A stretch of 32,000 bases of DNA from Kiritimatiella glycovorans (GTDB taxonomy: Bacteria; Verrucomicrobiota; Kiritimatiellia; Kiritimatiellales; Kiritimatiellaceae): contig NZ_CP010904.1 of NCBI RefSeq assembly GCF_001017655.1, positions 1,680,001-1,712,000 on the forward strand. The letters run 5' to 3'. The translations under genes and the position numbers were made by a program. Positions 19,198 to 26,305 of this stretch are shown piece by piece (the first letter of the stretch is position 1; every line of letters begins with the position of its first letter). Under the pieces are notes generated by a model, which worked only from the letters and a program-made list of their open reading frames with translations, was not told the DNA's origin and did not search any database.

Positions 19198-19230
19198 GAA
19201 CCGGACATGCGGATTTCCCGCATCCGGCTC
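19198..19230 (-). ncRNA. Group II intron catalytic domain V
   Basis: The minus-strand RNA GAGCCGGAUGCGGGAAAUCCGCAUGUCCGGUUC matches the domain V consensus (AGC triad, 2-nt bulge, GAAA-type loop, ...CGGUUC 3' end). Confidence 0.85.
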
Positions 19231-19300
19231 TCGCGGAAGGCATTTGTTGGATGGTTTCACAGGTAGATCAGTCCCATGTTCTTGAAATGCGCGTAGTAGC

Positions 19301-20587
19301 TCATACCTTCAGGGGCCAGTAGCCGCGCTGACTGCGTCGTTTCGCATGTCGCGTGAGACGCTGTCGCACGTATCCATTGACGTGGCGGAATGCCACACGC
19401 GGATAACCCAGCGAAAAGTAGTTTGCCCATCCTCGCATTTGCATGTTGAGTTCGTCGATCACCGTCGGCAGAGGTTTGAAGCATTGTTCCGGTCCGGTCA
19501 TCTCCCGAAGCCGATCACGTTCCCGTTGGAGCGCTTTCCGCGACGGTGTCAGGTTCCAGTACCGGCACGGGCGTCCGCCGAGGTCCCGGTCATAGCGGAA
19601 GCTATATCCGAGAAAGTCCAGCGTCTGCCCCGGTTCCCGAGCATCGAGTATCCGGGTCTTGTCCCGGTTGATCTTCAGCCCGAGCCACCCTTCTATCTTG
19701 GCTTCGATGAACGCTTCGAGTTGCGGACCGATATACCGGGCGAGGACCACGAAGTCATCGGCGTACCTCACCAGTTTGGCCTTCGCCCACCGTGCCGGTC
19801 CGTCTTTGCGGTAAAACACCGCATCGAACCAGTGCAGATAGATGTTGGCCAGAAGCGGCGAAATGACCCCGCCTTGCGGCGTGCCCTTGTCGTTGCGCTT
19901 CACGGTCGGCGGTTTGCCTTTCTCCGTTTCCTCTACCGGCGCTTTCAGCCACATTCGGATCAGCTTCAGCACGGACCGGTCGGTGACACGCATCTGCACA
20001 CAAGCGATGAGCTTGTCGTGTGGAATACTGTCGAAATAGCCGGCCAGATCCGCATCATACACCGCACACCGCCCTTGCCGGAGCTCCTGCCCAATCGCCT
20101 TCAACGCATCATGCGCCGAGCGCTCAGGCCGGAACCCATGGGAGCAGTCCTTGAAGTCAGCTTCAAAGATCGGTTCCAATATCAGAACCGTAGCGGTCTG
20201 CACGACCCGATCCCGCACCGAGGGTATTCCCAAGGGACGGAGTTTCCCGTTCACCTTCTGGATGTAGACCCGCCGCACTTTTCCAGCACGGTAGGTTCGA
20301 TCCTTCAGGCTGCGTTCAATATCCGCCAAGAAGGCTTCGACTCCTCCTTGACTCTGTTCGATGTCCTCGATGGTCACACCATCGGGGCCTTCTTTTCCGC
20401 CGTTGGCGCGTACATGTTTCCATGCCGCCAGCAGAGTGTCGGCCCGGCCAATGTGGCCATAGAGACTGTAGAAGCGAAACCGCTTCTCCTGTTTGGCCTT
20501 CTGACTCAGCTTCTGTCTCAGCGCGGCGAGTTTCGGCGGCAAGAGTCTGTCGTCAATGCGATAGTACTCCGTCGCTTCTTCTGTCAT
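19301..20587 (-). CDS. Group II intron reverse transcriptase/maturase (no endonuclease domain)
   Basis: RT motifs [45 protein letters not shown] and [11 protein letters not shown] (YADD). Maturase X-domain motif RGWANYF. The protein ends shortly after X with no HNH/En domain. ATG at 20587 is preferred over the TTG at 20599 used by the ORF track. Confidence 0.9.
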   Translation of the reverse strand: MTEEATEYYRIDDRLLPPKLAALRQKLSQKAKQEKRFRFYSLYGHIGRADTLLAAWKHVRANGGKEGPDGVTIEDIEQSQGGVEAFLADIERSLKDRTYRAGKVRRVYIQKVNGKLRPLGIPSVRDRVVQTATVLILEPIFEADFKDCSHGFRPERSAHDALKAIGQELRQGRCAVYDADLAGYFDSIPHDKLIACVQMRVTDRSVLKLIRMWLKAPVEETEKGKPPTVKRNDKGTPQGGVISPLLANIYLHWFDAVFYRKDGPARWAKAKLVRYADDFVVLARYIGPQLEAFIEAKIEGWLGLKINRDKTRILDAREPGQTLDFLGYSFRYDRDLGGRPCRYWNLTPSRKALQRERDRLREMTGPEQCFKPLPTVIDELNMQMRGWANYFSLGYPRVAFRHVNGYVRQRLTRHAKRRSQRGYWPLKV

Positions 20588-21117
20588 AGGTTTCACCAAT
20601 CAGTCCCCCGCGCTTCTTACTCAGCTCGTCTTCCGCCGAGACCCCTTCGCTCCACGGGCATTACCCCGCTTCATCACTACTACGAGCCTCTCCGACTCCC
20701 GCACGCGATCACCCCCGAGGTTATTGATTCCCCCACGGGCTTGTCGGCTTACCCGACATCACGGCGGGCCTCCCAAGTTCCTGGCTGTTCTTTCTGCGCG
20801 CGCCGTCTCTTGTTACCCCGGAGGGCCTTGCCGGTGCATATGACCGTTCCTTCCCGACAAGTGCTGGCTTCATCATATCCGATAGGCTGGCCGCCCTCGA
20901 CTTGTGTAACGAGGCTGAATCAAGTTCGCTTTCGCTATGGCTCGCGCGTTCGCCTTCCCAGGCTTCGACGCCGGGGTTACCCCCGATCACCGCTGGGTCG
21001 GCTACATGTGCAACGATCAATTCACACGACTGATAACCATATAGAGGTTCTTTGAAATAGACGCTGGTCGAATGCAACGTACTCTTTGTTTAAGCAAAAA
21101 CGAAAGGAGTACCGGAT

Positions 21118-22146
21118 ATGCAAACGACCAGCGCAAAGGAATTGTACGCAGGAGCCGACCTGCATGGAAACAATGTTTTTCTCTCGATTTGCGACCGGGA
21201 AGGCACGGAAGTCTTCCGGCGGCGGGTACGAACCACGCTCGATGCAGTCAATGAGGCGATGGATCCCTACTGGCCGCAGGTTCAGGCGATGGGGATTGAG
21301 TCCACGTTCAACTGGTACTGGCTGGTGGACGGCTTGCGTGAGCAGAACCGGGACGTGCGATTGGGGAATCCGGCGAAGATGAAACAGTACAAGGGGTTGA
21401 AACATGCCGATGACGCATCGGATGCTCGTTGGCTGGCCGAACTGCTCCGATTGGATATTTTCCCGGAGAGCTACATTTATCCGAAGGAGGTTCGTTCGAT
21501 TCGCGACGCGCTTCGACGCCGACAGCTGTTTGTCAGGCGGCGCACCCAGGTTATGCTCAGCCTGCAAAGCCTGCTGGAGCGTTACGGATTCAAGGCGCCG
21601 GGATCGCGTGCTCTTCAGCAGTGGACGCAGGCGGATGTCGAGGCGACGGGCCTTGATCCGTTCGTACAGCTTCAACTCCGCACGTTGCTTGAGGCGGTCC
21701 AGTGCAGTGAGCGGCTGGCCGGACAGATCGAATCAGCGGTGCTGGGGTTTATTGAGCCCAACCCATCGTTTGAACAGGTTCAGACCGTGCCGGGCATCGG
21801 GAAGGCGCTTGGGATGACCATCGTGCTTGAAAGCGGCAACTTCGCCCGCTTCCCGAACGCGGGATGCTACGCCTCCTACTGCCGCGCCGTCAAAAGTGAG
21901 CGAAGTTCCAACAGCAGGAAGAAAGGTGAGAACAATAAGCGCAACGGCAATCCGTTTCTCGCATGGGCTTTCGTTGAAGCCGCGAGCTTCGCTCCGCGCT
22001 TTTATCCGGAGATTCAATCCTGGTATGACCGGAAGAAGAAAAAGCGCAACGCGATTGTGGCGAAGAAGGCCTTGGCGGCAAAATTGTCCAAAGCCGTTTG
22101 GCATGTCATGAACGGGGAGGAATATGTAATGGGAATGTTGTTTTAA
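21118..22146 (+). CDS. IS110-family transposase/recombinase (DEDD RuvC-like N-terminal domain plus Transposase_20 C-terminal domain)
   Basis: 342 aa with RBS aaaggag. N-terminus YAGADLHGNNVFLSI (first catalytic Asp region). Also DARWLAELLR, the HhH-like VQTVPGIGKALGMTIVLE, and YCRAVKSERSSNSRKKGENNKRNGN containing the conserved Ser region. Confidence 0.88.
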   Translation: MQTTSAKELYAGADLHGNNVFLSICDREGTEVFRRRVRTTLDAVNEAMDPYWPQVQAMGIESTFNWYWLVDGLREQNRDVRLGNPAKMKQYKGLKHADDASDARWLAELLRLDIFPESYIYPKEVRSIRDALRRRQLFVRRRTQVMLSLQSLLERYGFKAPGSRALQQWTQADVEATGLDPFVQLQLRTLLEAVQCSERLAGQIESAVLGFIEPNPSFEQVQTVPGIGKALGMTIVLESGNFARFPNAGCYASYCRAVKSERSSNSRKKGENNKRNGNPFLAWAFVEAASFAPRFYPEIQSWYDRKKKKRNAIVAKKALAAKLSKAVWHVMNGEEYVMGMLF

Positions 22147-22605
22147 AACCCGATGCTGCCGGGAACCGGCTAGGGGTCTGCTTAAATCAGCGGACTGATT
22201 GGAACCGGCGGCATCGCTTCAGCTTTTGCGGTCTGTCCTGTCGTCAGCCTTCAAGGGTCTGGAAGTCTGCGTGCAGATGAACCACGGTGACTGAATAGGC
22301 AACGAGCGGGAACAAACGGTTTTCTGGCTCCAATACGAGAACGGGTGGCGGCCATGGATCTGGAAAAGATTCGCCCTCACCTAAAAACCAGATGGGTGAC
22401 TGAAACAACCGCAAACGAAAACCACGGTACGGAACGCAACGGTTGAGGCGACGGTTGAATCCGATCAAAACAAGGCATGAAGGGAAGCCGCTTGATCAGC
22501 GGCACGAAGGGGACTTTTGTGTTTGACCGGAACCTCTAATGGGTGACTCCTTTCATTCAGTTAGAAACAGCCAAGCTTTGCTTGGCGCACCGGATTACAC
22601 CGATG
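22147..22605 (+). ncRNA. Candidate IS110/IS1111-type guide RNA (bridge/seek RNA) region in the long 3' non-coding end
   Basis: 459 bp with no credible ORF. Several short hairpins: aatcag-cgga-ctgatt at 22185-22200, gccgct-tgatc-agcggc at 22487-22503, ccaagc-ttt-gcttgg at 22571-22585. The motif gggtgact occurs at 22394-22401 and 22541-22548, and ggtgactgaa at 22286-22295 and 22395-22404. The function is inferred from family knowledge only. Confidence 0.3.
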
Positions 22606-22822
22606 ACACGGATGAAATCTCGAAATCCGAATCGAAGTCGAAATCGGGATTCAGAGAGAACATAATCCGTACTCGTGCCCGAGTTCCTTGAACCGGGGGA
22701 GGGGGATCGCGCCTTCGGCGCTCCGAGTACGCGTACGAGTACGGATTATGCCCCCCCTCAACCGACCTTCATGCTCTTCCTGGCCTTCATGGTGAATCCC
22801 ATTCTCTCCCCACGATCGCGAT
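22606..22822 (+). repeat. Right half (module B) of the ~515-bp intergenic repeat
   Basis: Aligns with 26593-26814 at roughly 85% identity. It includes tcgaa-rich tandem motifs, the long hairpin 22662-22749 (ATAATCCGTACTCGT ... ACGAGTACGGATTAT) and the conserved tail cttcatgctcttc.tggccttcatggtgaatccca.tctctcccc. Confidence 0.85.
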
Positions 22823-22904
22823 TCTACGCTCTCCCTGATCTTCCGCACCCCCGCCCTTTCCCCCGAACGACTTTCCACAAAAATCCCAACGGATCGGATA
22901 TTTC

Positions 22905-22950
22905 TTGAATGAATGAGTATAGTAATGTATACATCGGACATATACATGAC
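22905..22950 (+). promoter_or_regulatory. Candidate vapBC promoter with palindromic operator
   Basis: AT-rich island. TTGAAT (22905-22910), 17 nt, then TATACA (22928-22933). A perfect 10-bp palindrome ATGTATACAT (22925-22934) overlaps the -10 element. TATACAT is repeated at 22941-22947. Confidence 0.4.
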
Positions 22951-22965
22951 ACGGGGGTGCGTATT

Positions 22966-23208
22966 ATGTTCCGGACGCAAGTATATTTGACTGAAGAGGA
23001 GCGCTGCGGCCTGGCTCAAATGGTGGAATTCACGGGGCGGAAGCAATCTCAACTGATTCGAGAAGCTGTAGATCAGTTCCTGTACCAGGCCCGCGAGTTG
23101 CGTGCAGAGCACACATTGAACAAGGCCTCCGGTCTCTGGTGCAACCGGGATGATTTGCCCGATTTTGATGAAATCCGGCGCTCCTGGGACCGGGGGATGG
23201 TTGGATGA
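22966..23208 (+). CDS. vapB: Ribbon-helix-helix (CopG/VapB-type) antitoxin
   Basis: 80 aa from ATG 22966 (MFRTQVYLTEEERCGLAQMVEFTGRKQSQLIREAVDQFL), with a beta-strand then two helices typical of RHH. Its stop overlaps the toxin start (ATGA at 23205-23208). Confidence 0.75.
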   Translation: MFRTQVYLTEEERCGLAQMVEFTGRKQSQLIREAVDQFLYQARELRAEHTLNKASGLWCNRDDLPDFDEIRRSWDRGMVG

Positions 23209-23597
23209 CCCCTCCCCTGCTGGTGGACACGGATGTTCTGATCGATTTTCTTCGAGGGTATGCCGAGGCCGACCTTTTGTTGCGAAACGAAGGGTCTCGC
23301 ATGGTACTTTCGAGCATTGTGGTCGCAGAGCTTTACTCGGGCGTCAGAGGCGAGAAGGAGCGTTGCACGCTCGATGAATTGACCGGCCTTTTCCCCGTCA
23401 TACCCGTATCGCGCGACATCGCCATCGCGGGGGGCATCTATCGGAATAAGTTCGCAAAAACGCACGGCGTCGGACTCGCCGATGCGCTTATCGCGGCGAC
23501 GGCGCAGTCCCGGTCCGCGCAGCTGGCCACCCTGAATGTGAAACACTATCCCATGTTTCCGGACTTGAAACCGGCGTATGTGAAGAACTTCGCGTAG
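23205..23597 (+). CDS. vapC: PIN-domain ribonuclease toxin VapC
   Basis: 130 aa. N-terminus LLVDTDVLIDFLRG with the conserved acidic residues. Also VVAELYSG, GLADALIAATA and LATLNVKHY, all typical of VapC. Confidence 0.85.
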   Translation: MTPPLLVDTDVLIDFLRGYAEADLLLRNEGSRMVLSSIVVAELYSGVRGEKERCTLDELTGLFPVIPVSRDIAIAGGIYRNKFAKTHGVGLADALIAATAQSRSAQLATLNVKHYPMFPDLKPAYVKNFA

Positions 23598-23606
23598 GAG
23601 CAAGGG

Positions 23607-24416
23607 TCACTCCGGCACGGCTTCAACGATCCGGTCGTCGTGGGTGGCGCGCACTTTATGGCCCGGGGGGACGCGGAGAAAATCCTCCTCGTCCCAGTGT
23701 CCGCAGACCAGCCGTTCCAGCAGGTTCGGATCGCCCTCGAGGTGTTCAAAGCTCCAGCCCTTCTCTTCGGCGAGCCTGCGTCCTTCCTCGACAAAGCGTT
23801 TCTCGTCCGGAACACCGGTCTCGATGTAGGTGAAGAGTTCGTAATGGGGGGTAGCGTCACCGAGCGTCTCCCACAGATACTGTGCGTTGTCCTCGCCGTA
23901 CTGCTCCACGAGTTCTTCGTAGGCCATATTCAGGCCGAGTTTGCTCTGGATGGAGAGATCCTCGAGGTCCCCTCCCCCTCCGTGCCCCCGTTCGAGCCAC
24001 CCGCTGGTCAGGTAATAGGAACCGGGGTGGGCGTCGAAATACTCACGATAGCGCCGCCGGCTGCCCAGGAACAGCGTGATGCAGTCGTGCGCCCGGGGCA
24101 GCACCAGTTCCACCTCCTTCGCGCGGACCCCGACCAGGCCGTTGTTGCAGAGCCCGTAGCCGAGCAGCACGGCGTCGTGCCGTTCGGGCTCCGCGCGGTC
24201 GACCGCGGTCTGCACCCGTTCAAGCATCTCCCCGGTCTCGAGGTCGTGCAGTCCCTTCGGCAGGAATTCGAGGTCGATGCAGTGCGGCGTGCGCGCCGCG
24301 GCGGCGCATAGCTCGCGGAAGAAAATCTCGCACCCCACCAGCTTGTAACGCTTCCGTTCTTTCGTTTTTGACTGGAAACTCATCCGTGAAATCCTATCAT
24401 GCTCGGTTTCGATCAT
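23607..24416 (-). CDS. DUF1638-like protein of unknown function
   Basis: 269 aa, or 258 aa from the alternative ATG at 24383. Recalled DUF1638-type pattern: YKLVGCEIFFREL, LEFLPKGLHD, AVLLGYGLCNNG, PRAHDCITLFLGS, YYLTSGWLE. Convergent with vapC and divergent from htpG. Confidence 0.55.
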   Translation of the reverse strand: MIETEHDRISRMSFQSKTKERKRYKLVGCEIFFRELCAAAARTPHCIDLEFLPKGLHDLETGEMLERVQTAVDRAEPERHDAVLLGYGLCNNGLVGVRAKEVELVLPRAHDCITLFLGSRRRYREYFDAHPGSYYLTSGWLERGHGGGGDLEDLSIQSKLGLNMAYEELVEQYGEDNAQYLWETLGDATPHYELFTYIETGVPDEKRFVEEGRRLAEEKGWSFEHLEGDPNLLERLVCGHWDEEDFLRVPPGHKVRATHDDRIVEAVPE

Positions 24417-24460
24417 AAGGCGCGCCCGGCGCGGGCGACCGTGAAAGGGAGGTTTATACC

Positions 24461-26305
24461 ATGGCCCAGAGCAAGCGTAAATTCAGGACCGAAGTCAGCA
24501 AACTGCTGCAGATCATTGTGCATTCGCTCTACTCACACAAGGAGATCTTCCTGCGCGAACTGATCAGCAACGCCGGCGACGCCATCGACAAGATGCGCTA
24601 CGAGGCGCTCAACAATCCCGATCTCGCCGAAGGCGACACCGAATGGGGCATCACCATCACGGCGGACAAGGAGAACCGCACGCTCACGATCTCCGATAAC
24701 GGCATCGGCATGTCGCGCGACGAAATCGCCGAAAATCTCGGCACGATCGCCCGCTCGGGAACGACCGAATTTCTCGAGAAACTCCGCGAACAGGACGTCA
24801 AGGAGCACCCCGAACTGATCGGGCAGTTCGGGGTCGGATTCTACTCCGCCTTCATGGTAGCCGACGAGGTCACCGTGATCTCCCGCCCTCCGCAGCAGCC
24901 GGCGGTCAAGTGGCGCTCAAAGGGCGACGAGAGCTACACCATCGAAGACACGGAAAAAGATCGGCGCGGAACGGACGTCATTCTGCATCTCAATGAAGGC
25001 GAGGAGGAATTCCTGGAGGATCACCGCCTCAAGGCGCTGATCAAGAAGTTCTCCGATTTCATGGAACATCCGATCGAACTTGAAGGCGAGACCGTGAACT
25101 CGCGCAAGGCCCTGTGGCTGCGGTCCAAGTCAGACATCGGCGACGAGGAGTACCACGAATTTTACAAATCGATCGCGCACGACTTCGAAGATCCGCTCGA
25201 AACGATCCACACCATCGCCGAAGGCGCACTGGAGTTCCGGGCGGTACTCTTCATCCCGTCCAGGCGTCCCTACGACCTGTTTCACGCGGAGCCGAAATCG
25301 AATCTTCACCTGTACATCCAGCGCGTCTTCATCACCGACGAGTGCGAGGAACTGCTGCCCTCGTACCTGCGGTTCATCAAGGGCGTGGTCGACGCCTCGG
25401 ATCTTCCGCTGAACGTATCGCGCGAGATGCTCCAGCACGTGCCGGCGCTGAACAAGATCCGCAACAACCTGGTCGGCCGCGTCCTCAAGACGCTGAAAGA
25501 AATGAAGGAGAAGGATTTTGACCGGTACCGCAGGTTTCACGACTCGTTCGGCGCGGTGCTGAAGGAAGGGCTGGCGCAGGACTTCTCGAATCGCGAGAAG
25601 ATCGCGGAACTGCTGCTGTTCGAATCCACCGCCACCGATCCCGGGGATGTGACCACGCTCGACGCCTACCTCGACGGCATGCCGTCCGACCAGGAGGAGA
25701 TCTACTACCTGGCGGGATCGAGCCGCGAGATGCTCGAACACTCCCCGCACATCGAGCCGCTCAAGGCCCGCAGCCGCGAGGTGCTCTTCATGACCGATCC
25801 GGTCGACGAGTTCGTGATGCCGTCCGTCGAATACAAGGGCAAGAAGCTCGTGGCGGTCAATCGCGACGAGGTCGAAGAGACGGAAGAAGAGAAGCAGAGC
25901 CGCGAGTCGAAGGAAAAGGATTACGCCGGCCTCGTGGACCTCTTCAACGAGGAACTCGATGCCGTCAAGGAGGTGCGTGTTTCCAGCCGCCTCAGGGAGA
26001 GCGCCTGCTGTCTTACGCTCGACCGCGAATCGATGACGCCGCAGATGGAGCTGCTCATGAAGCAGATGGGGCAGGAACCGCCGGAGTCCAAACGCATCTT
26101 CGAACTCAACCCCGATCATCCCGCCGTCCGGTCGCTGCGGAAACTGCACGAGACCGAAGGCGCGAGCGACCGGGTCAAAGACGGCCTGCACCTGCTCTAC
26201 GAGGAGGCCCTGCTGGCGGAAGGACTCAAGCCGTCCGATCCCGCCGAATTCGGAAAAAGGATCAACCGGATGATCGAACATCTCGGCGCCCAGGGCGGCG
26301 AATGA
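24461..26305 (+). CDS. htpG: Molecular chaperone HtpG (Hsp90)
   Basis: 614 aa with RBS gggagg. GHKL ATPase N-terminus LLQIIVHSLYSHKEIFLRELISNAGDAIDK and GQFGVGFYSAFMVA, followed by middle and C-terminal dimerisation regions. Confidence 0.93.
   Translation: MAQSKRKFRTEVSKLLQIIVHSLYSHKEIFLRELISNAGDAIDKMRYEALNNPDLAEGDTEWGITITADKENRTLTISDNGIGMSRDEIAENLGTIARSGTTEFLEKLREQDVKEHPELIGQFGVGFYSAFMVADEVTVISRPPQQPAVKWRSKGDESYTIEDTEKDRRGTDVILHLNEGEEEFLEDHRLKALIKKFSDFMEHPIELEGETVNSRKALWLRSKSDIGDEEYHEFYKSIAHDFEDPLETIHTIAEGALEFRAVLFIPSRRPYDLFHAEPKSNLHLYIQRVFITDECEELLPSYLRFIKGVVDASDLPLNVSREMLQHVPALNKIRNNLVGRVLKTLKEMKEKDFDRYRRFHDSFGAVLKEGLAQDFSNREKIAELLLFESTATDPGDVTTLDAYLDGMPSDQEEIYYLAGSSREMLEHSPHIEPLKARSREVLFMTDPVDEFVMPSVEYKGKKLVAVNRDEVEETEEEKQSRESKEKDYAGLVDLFNEELDAVKEVRVSSRLRESACCLTLDRESMTPQMELLMKQMGQEPPESKRIFELNPDHPAVRSLRKLHETEGASDRVKDGLHLLYEEALLAEGLKPSDPAEFGKRINRMIEHLGAQGGE

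Larger units (their letters stand above)
19128..21027 (-). mobile_element. Bacterial group II intron (about 1.9 kb) with intron-encoded RT/maturase
   Basis: On the minus strand, 5' GUGUG lies at 21027-21023. A GNRA-capped helix CGGGG-GUAA-CCCCG sits in domain I. GCUCGUAGUAGUG...GGGGUAAUGCCC resembles the equivalent Ll.LtrB region upstream of the ORF. Domain V lies 70 nt after the ORF stop. The 3' end is estimated at CUCUAC (19133 or 19128) and is uncertain by some tens of nt. Confidence 0.8.
19044..22605. mobile_element. Composite 3562-bp insertion: IS110-family element carrying a group II intron in its left end
   Basis: This block lies between the two halves of the split repeat. The uninterrupted paralogue at 26300-26814 has the flanks directly joined (..agaACacgg..). 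The dinucleotide AC is present at both junctions (19042-19043 and 22606-22607). Confidence 0.65.
21028..22605 (+). mobile_element. IS110-family insertion sequence (main body); the inferred remainder of its left end is at 19044-19127, displaced by the intron
   Basis: Contains the DEDD-type transposase gene, about 90 bp of upstream sequence and 459 bp of downstream non-coding sequence that ends exactly where the flanking repeat resumes. Confidence 0.6.

Noticed and set aside
19301-20599. The reverse transcriptase as a retron, DGR or defence-associated RT
   Set aside because: It has a maturase X domain (RGWANYF). A canonical group II domain V lies 70 nt downstream, and a GUGUG 5' end with intron-like domain I-IV sequence lies upstream. 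It is therefore an intron-encoded protein.
20600-20612. GACUGAU just upstream of the RT start, complementary to the 5' exon AUCAGUC, as a candidate EBS1
   Set aside because: It lies in domain IV next to the ORF ribosome-binding region, not in domain I where EBS1 resides. It is probably coincidental.
20665-20685. Shared 10-mer ctactacgag between the intron (20670-20679) and the repeat (26572-26581), hinting that the repeat derives from an intron fragment
   Set aside because: Similarity does not extend beyond the 10-mer in either direction, so it is probably chance in a 32-kb window.
22440-22465. tRNA-like T-loop sequence acggttgaatccgat
   Set aside because: No flanking acceptor, D or anticodon arms can be drawn, and the T-loop consensus GGTTCGAATCC is not met.
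22620-22655. Short tandem tcgaa(a/g) motifs (also at 26605-26635) as a possible CRISPR or other array
   Set aside because: The units are only 5-10 bp with no spacer-repeat periodicity. They are part of the larger repeat and contribute to a local stem (aatccga...tcgggatt).
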